Source of the DNA: Mobula hypostoma
Taxonomy: Eukaryota
Reading direction: 5' to 3'
NCBI RefSeq assembly: GCF_963921235.1
Contig: NC_086097.1
Coordinates: 15,810,001-15,874,000, forward strand
Length of the DNA: 64,000 bases
Notes under the pieces: model-generated
What the model was told of the DNA's origin: nothing
Seen by the model: only the letters and a program-made list of their open reading frames with translations
The model's database searches: none
Part shown: piece after piece, positions 26,171-39,034 of the stretch
Position numbering within the stretch: position 1 is the stretch's first letter
How the letters are laid out: each line of letters starts with the position of its first letter
Position numbers and translations under genes: made by a program

Positions 26171-27444
26171 GAGAAAATTGTGTCCTCTCCTTGGAAAAAA
26201 AGTGTTATGGGCTAAAGAAAGCCAAATGGGACTCACCCTGTTAGTTATGGAGAAGTTGGGCTGAAAGGCCTGTTTCTATACTGTAACTTTGTGCCTTGGG
26301 GCATTTTGTTTTGCCCACCTGTGGAACTAGATTAGACTTCAGTTTAACAATTGACCCGAAACCACCAACCATCAACAACAGAGCACTCCATCAGGGTATC
26401 TGCAGCAATTTTTGAGGTCACAGGCTCCTCCCTCGCAGGCAAGTTAGCCTCTTATTGAGTCACAACTGTTATCAAAGTAACAATTGATAATGCTTTCGGG
26501 CAGAAGTCAAGAGGAAATCTAAACTGTAATTGTTCTTCAGGATTCTGTTGACCGTTCTCATTGCTTTGTTTGTATGGCTTGACGTCAGTTGAATTCTCTG
26601 ATAAGATTACTGCTCAAGTATCCATTATGTGCAGGATATCAGTGGTATTGTTGAGTGAATATAAAGTACTTGGGCAAACTGCTTCTGAAAACTTTCTCAG
26701 AACGTCTAAAGTACCGATGACTGCTGACGCAATATGGACAAAATGCATAGAATGAATAAACTTTCTTTTATCTCTTCATTTTTTTTGTTGCCTTCTCTAC
26801 TTTTTATCCCTCATGTGCAAGCCCCACTGCATCGCTGTCTATAAGTCCCTATCGTTACCACCTAGGTACAGTTCCCTCTCTGGGGATCTCCTCAAACCTC
26901 AGTACAAACTGTCTCCTGGTACTTTCTATCTGCTAAATCTTCAATGGTGCTTACAATTCAAAGCTTTAATTATCTTTGATCACCCCTTCATCTTCCAGAT
27001 ACATGTCTAGTCCATGCGGTATGCAATGTCCACACATTTAATAGTAGCATGGCTCAGATTCAATAAAATGTATAGGACTGGACAAGCTTTTTTCTGAATC
27101 TGTGTTTTAAATTCAGTAGAAATTGTACAATATACCCTGTAGTATTACAGACCTTCAGGAGAAGGGTGGATTTCATGTTGCTTTTCTTCGTATCCCGTAG
27201 AAATGCTGGGAGATCTGAATGACTCCACTTGGGAGGAGTGCTTTCCCACATGGTCTCAGATATAGTCGAGTTAGGGTTGGGACGTCCCAGCAGTTTGAAG
27301 CTTTGTGCTGGTGACTGACTAGATAGCTTTTGATTTTGTACTAGTGTTTTTCCCATTCTTTGAGTCACTGGGTATTGAGAGGAGAGTACAGCACAAATGA
27401 TTAAAGAGAAATCACAAGAATTTGGCAAGCTTGAGTATATTTGA

Positions 27445-27740
27445 GTTTGTTTGTTTGTTTGTTTGTTTATTGAGATACAGCGCAGAATAGGCCTTTTTGG
27501 CCCTTCGAGCCACGCCACCCAGCAATCACCTGATTTAACCCTTGCCTAATCACGGGACAATTTACAATGCCCAATTAACCTACCAATTGGTACGTCTTTG
27601 GATTGTGGGAGGAAACTGGAGAACCAGGAGAAAACCCACATGGTCACGGGGAGAACGTACAAACTCCTTATACGCAGCGGCAGGAATTGAACCGCAGTCG
27701 CCTGTACTCTAAAGTGTTGTGCTAAGCAGTACGTTACTGA
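27445..27740 (-). mobile_element. V-SINE (HE1-like)
   Basis: Reverse complement of 4612-4897 family with (tttg)n tail. Confidence 0.8.
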
Positions 27741-28554
27741 GCTAATGATTGTGATATGGGATTATAGGAGGAGAGTGAAGCAGTAGTTCCAGATAAACTT
27801 TTAAATAAAAATGCTATATGATGAGAAAAGAAGTTCTTAATCTTGTTCAGTCAACTGATGAAAACCTGTTGAGTTCAAATTTCATTTTGATAAATTATGA
27901 ATTTAATAAATCAGTTCATCAAAAAAGCAGCAAAGGCTGATGGGATCCTGGGAGGGGACCTTGCCACCCTCACCGGGTCCACTGTGGAGTCACCTCCTCT
28001 CTTCAACGGGCAGGTGGGTAACAGGCACCATGTTGCCCAACTCCAAAGATTGCGAGGAAAAGCAATATGCGGCACTCTTCCAAAATTTACTGATCTCAGA
28101 GAGCATCTGAAGATTGTTTTGGCTTAGTTCATCAATTTGTTTTTGTTCTCTGGTTTCCCGTTGTTCCAGTAAAAAATTTACCAACAATGTCCATAATGCA
28201 TTACTACAATTCATTGACCTTGCCTTCCTCGTGAAGAGCCTGATTACCCATTTAACACTCTATTTTTAAAAAATCTATTAAACTAGTAAAGTTAAGAGTT
28301 CAACTTTCTGCACACTACAATCGCTTTTTTTAAAGCCCCGAGTTTTGCTTTCCTTTCAGCCATTACCCTTTCTTTGAAGTGTATTTGACGTTTACAGTTG
28401 TCGGTGCCTCCAGCTGCTTCAATCTATTTTTGGAGTTTTCTTGTGAAACTTGATTCTTATTTTGCACCTTGTGACCACCTGTAAGCTCTACCTTAATGTC
28501 AGCTCTTTAGCCAAATGTTTGATCAAAGTTGGATTATTTCAATCAACTTCCCGG

Positions 28555-28792
28555 CTGTATACTTCATCCTGTCCCCCTCTCCTGGTCACCTACCACCTGC
28601 CACCTTGTACTTCTTCCTCCCCTTCACCCATTTTATTCTGACTTATTCCCCCTTTTCTAGTCCTGATGAAGGGTCTCGGCCCGAAACATTGACTGTTTAT
28701 GCTCATCGTGGATGCTGTCTGACCTGCTGAGCTCCTCCAGCACATTGTGGGTGTTGCTTTAGATTTCCAGTGTCTGCAGTACCTCTTGTGTC
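28555..28792 (+). mobile_element. Penelope-like terminal region with degenerate hammerhead
   Basis: agtcCTGATGAagggtctcggcccGAAAcattgact (CpG-decayed cleavage site). Confidence 0.75.
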
Positions 28793-28821
28793 AATGTTTA
28801 GCTTTATTTTTCCATTTACAG

Positions 28822-28867
28822 GAGGAACGTAAATGGAAATTGGGTTGCTGTCCCTGACAACAGATAT
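28822..28867 (+). other. Candidate 46-bp 5'-UTR exon
   Basis: Strong acceptor tttatttttccatttacAG and canonical donor GTAAGT at 28868; splice signals only. Confidence 0.25.
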
Positions 28868-30704
28868 GTAAGTGCTCGTACTCTCTCTAGGAGATGATCC
28901 CTCAGTCATCCGGGTAACAGTACAGAAAAAGGCTCTTTGGCCCACCATATTATGTCACTCTTCTAGCCTGTCAAACGGATCCCATGTAGACTCCTAGAGT
29001 AAAATGGCATGGTTACCATTTTGGCCAACCATTGAACACATTAGAACAAACATTTTTACACTTCTCCCACTTAAGTGTCTGTCCAATTGCTCCTTAAGCA
29101 TAGAAATTGTACTGATTGCATCCACTCATCTGGCAGTGAATTCCAAATGTCAACCACTGTCTGTGTTCTTAGCAAAAGCGGACCCTAGCGTATGCTTCAT
29201 GTTTCTTACCTCTTACCTTAAACCAATGCCCTCTTTGGTTACTGTGGGGAGAAAGATTCTGACCATCTACTCATCTGTGTCTTCAAGAACTTGTATACTT
29301 CTATCAGGCCATGCTGCGGCCTCGTATACAGAAACGATCCTGGAAAATGAAGCGTATGCACAAAATGCTGGAGCAGCTCAGCAAGTCAGTCAGCAACTAT
29401 GGAGGGGAATAAATGTTGATGTTTTGGCCTGAGACCCTTCAGAAGGATACTGCACCCTCCTTTTTTCTTGTCACCCAGCCTTAATATTGTTGTAAATGGC
29501 ATCTGAATGGTGTAGGTGACCTTTTCCTAAAACCTTTGGTTGTGCCTATTATAGGGACAGTGTGACTTGTGCTTTTTTGGTTTTCAAACTAATCTAAATT
29601 ATAAACATGAGAAAGTCTGCAGATGCTGAAAACCCAAAGCAACACACATGAAATGCTGGAGGAGCTCAGCAGGTCAGGCAACATCCATGAAAATGAATAA
29701 ACAGTTGATGCGTTGCACCGAGACCCTTCATCAAAAGATCTAAATTAGCTGGCTTTCACTTACTCCTTCCCATTGGAGCTGAGCGGAGTTTCAATGTGGA
29801 ACTTCAAGACATGTTGAAACTAATCAGGTAGTGTCTCAGTTCCAGTGTGTGGGCTAGCCACAGGTGCCGAGCGTCAGGCTGTTCAACGTGCCAGCAGACC
29901 TAGAGGCACTTAATTCGCACAGGCTGTTCTCATGTTTTGCACCAGTGAGCACTCGCAGACTTCAATAGCTGCCTTTGGCATTCTCTACTGGTGAAAACTC
30001 ACTTCAAATGACTTGCCAGAAAGAAATAACACACATTCATTGTGAGTCGATCAAGATGGTCAGAAGAGGCAGCATTGTGCATTGGTATTAGTACAAGATG
30101 CAGTGAAAAGCTTGTCTTGCACACTGTTTATACAGATCAGATCATTACACGGTGCATTGAGCATGAAGAAAACAAAACAATAACAATGCAGAATGAATTT
30201 TTTTTTTAATTTTATTTTTATTTGAATAAGGAGTTCACAATTATCATGTACTTTTTTCACACATATAACCTTTTCCATTTTTTTATATGGATAAAACTAC
30301 AATTATTTATACATTCTTAAGTACACATTGAGATGATATAAAAGCAAAATAAACATTTAAATAGCTTGAATTTTAAAAGCTATCAAAAGAGTGTGGTGCA
30401 GGTGAATGATAAAGTACAAAATCATAATGAGGTAGATTGTAAGGCCAAGAGATGTGAAGCTCATTTTCATGAACTTCAGTTCTGAATGTTGTTTGCTTAC
30501 TTTTATTGTTTGCAACATTCGTTTTTTTTCCTGCACATTGGGTATATGACAGTCTTTTTTAGTGGGTTCCATTGGGTTTCTTTGTTTTGTGGCTGTCTGT
30601 TAGGAGATGAATCTCAAGGTTGTATACAGTAACATACTTTGTTAATAAATGTACTTTGGACCTCTTGTACAATAAAATGTTCATTCAGGAGTCTGATAAC
30701 TAGA

Positions 30705-31478
30705 AGACCATAAGACATAGGAGCAGAATTAGGCCATTCAGCCCATTGAGTCTGCTCCACCATTCCATCATGGCTGATCCCAGATCCCAGTCAACCCCAT
30801 ACACCTGCCTTCTCACCACATCCTTTGCCCTGACCGATCAGGAAGCTATCAACTTCTGCCTCAAGTATACCCATGGGCTTGGTCCCCACTGCAGTCTGTG
30901 GCAGAACGTTCCACCAATTCACTACTCTCTGGCTTAAAAAAAAATCCTCCTTGCCTCTGTTCTAAAGCATTGCCCCTCAATTTTGAGGTTGTGCCCTCTA
31001 GTTCTGGACACCCCCACCATAGGAAGCATCCTCTCCACATCCACCTTATCTAGTCCTTTTGAACATTCGCTCCTCATATGTTAACTCCTTCATTCCTGGA
31101 ATCATCCTCGTGAACCTCTGGACTCTCTCCTATGACAACACATCCTTTCTGAGATATGGGGCCCAAAATTATTGACAGTACTTCAAGTGTGGCTTGACTA
31201 GTGTCTTATAAAGGCTCAGCATTATCTCAAACAACAGGAATTCTGCGGATGCTGGAAATTCAAGCAACACACATCAAAGTTGCTGGTGAACGCAGCAGGC
31301 CAGGCAGCATCTGTAGGAAGAGGTGCAGTCGACGTTTCAGGCCGAGACCCTTCGTTGCTGCCTGGCCTGCTGCATTCACCAGCAACTTTGATGTGTGTTG
31401 CTCAGCATTATCTCTCTGCTTTTGTATTCTATTCCCCTTGAAATAAATCCCAACATTGCATTTGCTTTCTTTACCAAC
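30705..31478 (-). mobile_element. CR1 3' fragment interrupted by a Penelope-derived insertion
   Basis: Tail gaccataagacataggagcagaattaggcc; insertion 31229-31399. Confidence 0.85.
31229..31399. mobile_element. Penelope-derived mini-element with inverted terminal-repeat copy
   Basis: Near-identical to 8931-9053, followed by an inverted copy of about 47 bp; flanked by direct repeat gctcagcattatctc (31214-28 and 31400-14). Confidence 0.85.
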
Positions 31479-32594
31479 AGGACAGCAGCTGTCCTTAAAG
31501 CCCAGTGGGCTGTGCTTTAAGGCTTTTGTATCTTCTGCCTGAAGGAAAGGGGAAGAAGAGAGAATATCTGGGGAGGTTCACTCCCATGATGTACTGAGCT
31601 GTGTTCACAGCTCTTTGCAGTTTCTTGTTAAAACATAGTCAATGCTCGTTTTCTTCATGTTCAAAGGACTTGGAAGTCACTGGGAATATTGTATTGGGTC
31701 TTATAGAAGGGAAGAATTGAGGTTAAGAGGATTTTAGAGGTGATTGTGGGTATTAGTTTGGGCAGTCTTAGTTGGGTCAGTTGTTTAAAATGGGAAAGCT
31801 AAGTGAGGAAGCTACCTTCCTACTACTACTACGTCGACACAGGCCTAGGGGGCCGGCTTCGGGCACCTGGAAGTGTCTGTAACTAAGTATTCGTAGCCTC
31901 TGCAACGAACACTGAAACAGGCTCCCTGCTTCTGCTAATAGCGTGAGCCTCAGATTGTAGAATGTTGTGCAGTGCGTTGGGAAAAGCTTTGCATGGTGTT
32001 TGACCCATATTCCCAGAGCCAGGAACCAATCTTTGGAAATTGCTGATGAAGACTCCAAAACAATGCTGTTCCACAACACGTGAAAGCATTGCATTAAATG
32101 ATACAATGTCTAGGCTCGTGACTCCTTGAAAAAACAGACATTGAGCACTAGGTTAAGGAAAGTTGTGATTAGTTAGGGCAAATATAAAGATCGCTTGGAT
32201 TGTGACAGTTGGCTTGCTGTGACCTTGCCTAAAATCTATATGCTGTGCCGTGCATTTCATCTCCCTGGCATTGATTGTAGTTAGACCTTGGCTCCTAACC
32301 AGCATTGACAGGAGGCCAAGAGCCTGATTCTGTCCTGTATCCTCGTGACTCAGTGACGACGGTGCCCAGCAACCATGATTGTGTCAACCCAGTCACTGGT
32401 AGCATACAAGGAAGGAAGAAGCTCGTACTTAACTTCTTGGGTTGCACAAAAGTTATAACATTCTTGAGTGATTAAAACAGAAAAATTATAATCAAATTAA
32501 AATTTTCTGTTCAATTTTGAAATATTTGATTCATTTGATTTTGACATGATTAATAAATCAGATGTATGCATGATTTATAAATAAATTTAATCTA

Positions 32595-32965
32595 ATCAAG
32601 GTATACAAAATTATGAGCAGTATAGATAGAATAAATGCAAACAGGCTTCCACTGAGGTTGGGTGAGACTAGAACTAGAGGGAATAGGATAAAGGTGAAGA
32701 GAAATATTTAAGGGGTAACTAAGGGGGAGCTTCTTCACTTGGGGCGGGGGGGGGATGTTGGGTGAGAGTGTGGAATTGGCTGCCAGTGGAACTGGGTTCA
32801 ATTTCAGCACTTAACAGAAATTTGGGAAAGTACTGTAAATGGATGGGCACGGTATGGAGGGCTGTGGCCCAGTGCAGGTCCATGGGACTAGGCAGACTAA
32901 TAGTTTGGCAAGGACTACGTGGGCCAAAAGGCTTACTTCTGTGCTGTGCTGTTCTTTGACTCTAT
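32595..32965 (+). mobile_element. CR1 3' fragment
   Basis: Same family as 5295-5870 and 17420-17800. Confidence 0.75.
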
Positions 32966-33293
32966 GATCGTCCTCGTGCAATTTTGCATAATGGTGCAGA
33001 GGGTATTACTCCTCTAGGGAGCCAGGATGAATCCTGACACTGGGGAGTTTTCACACTGCCCTTAGAACCGTGTGGCTTTCCACAAGCTGCACTGGGCTCC
33101 TCCCACATCCAAAGACGTGCAAGTAGGTTAATTGGCTGCTGTAAATTGTCCCTGAGTGGTTAAGGAATCAAAAGGGAGTTAATGGGCATGTGAGGGGGAT
33201 GTAGCTGGGCTGAAGGAGATAAGGGAAATGGGACCGATAGGATTGTCCTGGACACAGCCAGCACAGACCCAATGGGCCTAATGTGATGAGTAA

Positions 33294-33814
33294 AGGCTGA
33301 TTTATACTTGTGCGTCAACTTGACGCAGTAGGTACGGTGTCGCTGGGAACCCTACGCAGAGCCTACGCGGATCTCTACGCTGTAGCCTGACGTGCACCTC
33401 CCCCAAAATGTAACTGAGTGTTGCAGCAACACAGACCACAACGACTGTCATTGGTCCACCTGGTAGCATCGCATTTCCTCCTACACTGCGATAGCTTCCC
33501 ATTGGCCGACTGAAGGGCAGGGAAGGAACTCTGACTACAATGCTTTCCATAAAGCTTTACAGACCTCTGAAATTATGGAGGACACATTTCGCTTTTACGA
33601 AAAAAGACACTCGTTTTAAACATCTTTACCCTGAGAAAGACTACCATGACCATGAAGCCTTGCGCGGGCATCTGTGTGCGCGTGCGCATGTGCGATGTGC
33701 CCGAATTGCAGAGCGATGCAGACACACCAATGCACAAGTATAAATGCTCACAACGTGTGTGGGTCACTTGCGTAGGTTACGGCGTTGAGTTAACGCAGAA
33801 GTATAAATCAGCCT
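33294..33814. mobile_element. PIF/Harbinger-type MITE (521 bp)
   Basis: 27-bp TIRs aggctgatttatactt(g/c)tgcgt(c/t)aact with 2 mismatches; TAA on both flanks (33291-93, 33815-17); no transposase ORF. Confidence 0.88.
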
Positions 33815-34527
33815 TAAGTAAGAAGCTGTTAAGCAGAAATTAAAGGCGAGAATGGTGCTAAATCTCGTGTAACAAAGCAGAACAGTTTCTGTGGTTATTT
33901 TCACAGCTGGAATAAATTCTTGATAGATCACTTATTTCTGCTAGTTTCCCTGGATCATGCTAAGGTAGCACTCCTTAAGGTCTGTCACTGTCGGCAGCTT
34001 GCTTAACTGCGTGTCCCCTCCAGATTTCCCCTTCTACGATACATCTGTGCTGTTTCCCCAGCACAAAGTCCAAACCTACTCGAAGAGAAGTCAAAATTTT
34101 GGTGTAAGGTGCTAAATGGCAATAAGTCCTATGAGGAACAGAAGAAGATATGAACAGACAGAACATTTGTCTTTTAATCCCGCTGTTCCAATCAGTGTGC
34201 TCGTGTTTAATCTGCTCCAGTCTAACTCATCTGTAGTGCCAAATCCCATTGACCCTCATCTTTCAACATTACATGTACCTCCTACTTAAGTACCTCCTTT
34301 CTTCACAACATCTAAGGTAGTGAATTTCAGAGATTAGAATTCACGTGAAGGATTTTTCCTATGACTTTGATTTTCAAAGTTCAAAGTATGTATGCTATAT
34401 ACAACCTTGAGATTCATCTCCTTATAGGTAGCCACAAAGAAACCCAAAATAACCGTTTTTTTAAAAAAAACATCAAACACCCAATGTGCAAAAAAAAACA
34501 AATTGTGTGGACAATAAAAGTAAGCAA

Positions 34528-35051
34528 GTGCTCAGTTCTGGTTGCCGCACTACAGGAAGGACGTGGAAACCATAGGAAGGGTGCAGAGGAGATTTACAAG
34601 GATGTTGGCTGGATTGGGGAGCATGCCTTATGAGAATAGGTTGAGTGAACCTGGTCTTTTCTCCTTGGAGTGGAGGAGGATGAGAGGTGACCTGATAGAC
34701 GTGTATAAGATGATGAGAGGCACTAATCGTGTGGATAGTCAGAGGCTTTTTCCCAGGGTTGAAGTAGCTAACACGAGAGTGCACAGTTTTAAGGTGCTTG
34801 GAAGTAGGTACAGAGGAGATGTCAGAGGTAAGCTTTTTAAGCAGAGAGTGGTGAGTGCATGGAATGGGCTGCTGGCGATGGTGGTGGAGGCAGATACGAT
34901 GGGGTCTTTTAAAAGACTCCTGGACGGATACATGGAGCGCAGAAAAATAGAGGGCTATGGGTAACCCTAGGTAATTTCTAATATGAGGAAATGTTCAGCA
35001 CAGCTTTGTGGGCCAAAGGGCCTGTATTGTGCTGTAGGTTTTCTGTGTTTC
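34528..35051 (+). mobile_element. Young CR1 3' fragment
   Basis: Uninterrupted 140-aa ORF2 C-terminus (PHYRKDVE..RRMRGDLIDVYKMMRG..); TSD taagcaa (34521-27 and 35052-58); nested in a minus-strand non-coding element spanning about 34365-35640. Confidence 0.9.
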
Positions 35052-37003
35052 TAAGCAAATAGCATTCAGAAGTGAAGTTTATGAAAGAGAGTCCATCCAG
35101 AGACACAAAGCTGCAGCCTCGGTTCTGCACGGAGCCAAGAAAACTTTGCAGAGCAGCGAGTTGAATCATCCTGTCCCCTGTCTCCGGCCCTGATACCATG
35201 ACCTTTTCAATCTGGCTTCACGTTCAATTCGTCCAAACGTTCCTCAATCTCGGACCCGGGTTTGTTGCTTCGATACGCTCTGGGGCCTGGGCCCCGCCTC
35301 TTGATTTGGCCTGTACCTGACCTTTTCAATTCGGCCCAGCGTTTAAATCAATTGAACCTCAAATCCTTCCACGTAGTCAGGGATGGGACCAGGCTCCGCC
35401 TCAACTCTTCCTTGGCTCAGTTGTACTGCGTCGAATCACCTCCAAGTCCAGTCCAGCAATGGCCATATGTTGGCTCATTCCCTGTTCTCCAACCCGCCAT
35501 GCCTCAGCCATACTACACCACAAGGCTTCAGTTCGCACTGCAAAAACACCAGATCTTGCAGGCAGTTGAAAAGTTCAACTCCGAAAGGGAAGTTAAAGGT
35601 TATTGCTTACCAGAAAAAGTGTTATTAATGAAGTTAAATGACTGCCCCTTCTCTTGTAACAACATCCCCTTGTTCGAGACTCTTCCACTCTTCAACATTT
35701 ACCCTGTCATGTAGTATCTTGTTTCGTCGTTCTTGATGGGACTGCCATTTCATCCTAGAATCTATCTTGGTTCATCAGTTATGAAGAGCGTCCAATACTA
35801 GTATATCCTTTCTTCAATAGGGGCCCAAAGCTCAAGAAAGAATTACGATGACATTCCTCTTTGAGAATGGTTAAAATGGGAAACGTGCTACTAGTGTGTT
35901 CAGAGAGCATGAGGGGAAAGAGTGGGGGGAGGGAGGGAGGGAGAGAGATGTTGAAAGGACTGCATGGAAGTAACCTCATGTGCGGCATAAAATCTGGCAC
36001 AGCTCAGTTGGGCTGAATGGCCAGTCTCTGTACTGCCTTTTCTACACAGTTCATGTGGACATACTTCATTCTGTTCCCCGGAAATATGTTCACTCTGATA
36101 ACTGCAGGTGCAGCTTCAAAATTTATGATTGTTTATGTTCTCTGCACAACTTACCGATGCAAGTTTAGTCCCTATCCCTGGATAATGTATGGATGTCCTT
36201 ATTTTCCAATTTGTGCTGGAGACTATCCTGATTTTTATCTAGGTTACTGTCTGCTACTGTGATTCTCTGCTTCCAGATTTCTCTAATTTCCAGACTAGGA
36301 AACCAGACAGGAAGCAGGTTTCCACTTTGAGAATGTAAGCTGTTTACCAGACTGGAGAAAATGACAGTACAGGAAGTTCCCTAGCTCTTTCCAAGGAAAG
36401 AAAGGATGCTGTTAGCATTTGAGATGTACAATCACAAAGCTTTGACACAAATTCGTGGCCCTTTACAAGATATTAACCGCCCTCTATGTCAAGAAATTTG
36501 GCATGACCCTGTTGACTCTTTTCAAGTTCTATAGATGCACCATAGGAAGTATTTTGTCTGGATGTGTAACAGCTTGGTATGACAATGGCTCTGCCTGCGA
36601 CTGCAAGAAACTACAGAGAGTTGTGGACACAGCTCAGCACATCACGGAAACCAGCCTCACTTCCACGGATCATAACATAGAACATAGAAACCTGCAGCAC
36701 ATTACAGGCCCTTCGGCCCACAATATTGTGCTGATCATGGAGCCTACTCTGGAGACTGCCTAGAGTTTCCCTAACGCATAACCCTCTATTTTTCTAAGCT
36801 CCATGTACCTATCTAAGAGTCTCTTAAAAGACCCTATTGTATCCGCTTCCACCACCGCCATTGGCAGTGCATTCCACACACACACACCACACTCTGTGTG
36901 AAGACTTAGCTCTGACATCCCCTATTTCCAAGCACATTAAAACTATGCCCCCTCGTATTAGCCATTTCAGCCCTGGGGAAAAGGCACTGGCTAGCCACTC
37001 ATC

Positions 37004-37779
37004 ATTGAATTGAATTGACTTTATTTCTTACATCCTTCACGTACATGAGAAGTAAAAATCTTTACGTTACATTTCCATCCAAATGTGCAATGTGCAATCA
37101 TAGTAATTTATAATTTGTAATAAATAGAACAGTCAGTGTAATATAGAAATGCACACATATCAGCGTGTTAATCAGTCTGATGGCCTGGTGGAAGAAGCTG
37201 TCCTGGAGCCTGTTGGTCCTGGCTTTTATGCTGCGATACCGTTTCCTGGATGGTAGCAGCTGGAGTAGATTGTAGTTGGGGTGACTTGGATCCCCAATGA
37301 TCCTACGGGTTCTTTTTACACACCTGTCCTTGTAAATGTCCTGAATCATGGGAAGTTCACAACTACAGATGCACTGGGCTGTCTGCACCACTCTCTGCAG
37401 AGTCCTGTGACTGAGGGAAGTACAGTTCCCACACCAGGCAGTGATGCAGCCAGTCAGGATGCTCTCAATTGTGCCCCTGTAGAAGGTTCTTAGGATTTGG
37501 GACCCATACCAAACTTCCTCAACCATCTGAGGTGAAAGAGATGCTGTTGTACCTTTTTCACCACACAGCTGGTGTGTACAGGCTCTGGGACAGCTTCTTC
37601 CACCAGGCCATTAGATTGATTAACACGCTGATTTGCATGCATTTCTGTGTTACATTGACTGTTCTATTTATTATAAATTACGATGATTGTACATTGCACA
37701 TTTAGGCGGAGACGTAATGTAAAGATATTTACTCATGAATGTGAAGAGTGTAAGAAATAAAGTCAATTCAATTCAATTC
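37004..37779. mobile_element. Two Rex1-type 3' ends joined head-to-head
   Basis: 37004-37580(-) encodes ILRTFYRGTIESILTGCITAW...DSFFHQAIRLIN; 37578-37779(+) repeats the last about 200 bp; (attca)n tails point outward at both ends. Confidence 0.85.
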
Positions 37780-38715
37780 TATCTAGGCTTTTCAGTATTC
37801 GATAGGTTTCAACGAGGCCTCCCTTCTTTCTTCTAAATGCCAGTGAGTACAAGACCAGAGCCATCAAACTCTCCTCAAGTTAACCTTTTGTACTTGGGAT
37901 CATTCTTGTGAACCTCCTCTGAACCCTCTACAATACCAGCATATCCTTCCTTAAAAAGGATCCCAAAACTACTCACAATACTCCAAGTGTGGTCTGACCA
38001 TGCCTTACAAAGCCTTAGCATTACATTCTTGATTTTATATTCTAGTCCTCTCAAAATGCAATGCCTTCCTTACCACCGACTTGATATACAAGTTAACTTT
38101 TAGGGAATCCTTCACAAGAACTCCCAAATCTCTTTGCACCTCTGATATCTGAATTTCCTCCATTTTTAGAAAATAGTCTATGCCGTTAATCCTTCTACCA
38201 AAGTGAATGACCATACGCTTCCCTACACTATATTCCATCTGCCACTTCTTTGCCTATTCTCCCAATCTAAGTCCTTCTGCAGACTTTCTGCTTCCTCAAC
38301 ACAACCTGCCCCTCCTCCTGTCTTTGTATTGCCTGCAAATTTTGCCACAAAGCAAACAATTCTGTCATCTAGAGGACGCTTTTATTCCCACTGTTTGCCT
38401 TTTGTCAGTCAGCCAATTCTCTATCCATGCTACACACATCAAAGTTGCTGGTGAACGCAGCAGGCCAAGCAGCATCTATAGGAAGAGGCGCAGTCGACGT
38501 TTCAGGCCGAGACCCTTCGTCAGGACTTATCCATGCTTATGCATTTCCTGTAATACAATGGGCTCTTATTTTGTTAAGCAGCATCATGTGCAGCACCTTG
38601 TCAAAGGCCTTCTGAAAATCCAACTGAAAAACATCTACTGACTCTCCTTTGTCTACCTGCCTGTTATTTCCTCAAAGAATTCCAAAAGATTTGTCAGGTA
38701 AGATTTCTTTTTAAG
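37780..38715 (-). mobile_element. CR1 fragment with internal deletions
   Basis: Reverse-strand QRDLGVLV, IHFGR and LTNLLEFFEE coding remnants. Confidence 0.85.
38432..38527 (-). mobile_element. 96-bp solo Penelope terminal-repeat insertion containing an intact minimal hammerhead (38491-38527)
   Basis: TSD tatccatgct (38422-31 and 38528-37); minus strand agtc-CTGACGA-agggtctcggcct-GAAA-cg-TC-gact. Confidence 0.85.
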
Positions 38716-39034
38716 GCTCCCAAGATATCACTGTTTCTCCTTTAAGGCCTGTGGAATGAGTGAAGGGAAGTATATGTAGGGATGGTAGTAGTGGCAGAGT
38801 AGCAGTATTGCTTTCCAGTATTTGTTTGTGAATGTGGATATGGCTGGCAAAGCCCCACTTTTCCTCCACTTTAACTGACCCCGAAGTCAAGTAACCCATT
38901 CGCTGGGTCTAGACCACAGTGGTCGAAGGTGGGCGAGTTCCTTGCTCGGGGCCTTACTGAACCTGGTGGGACTCTACAATAATCCAGCAGCTCAATGACA
39001 ATGTGCTGGGTCCATTTGTTTACTTTTCCGAGGA

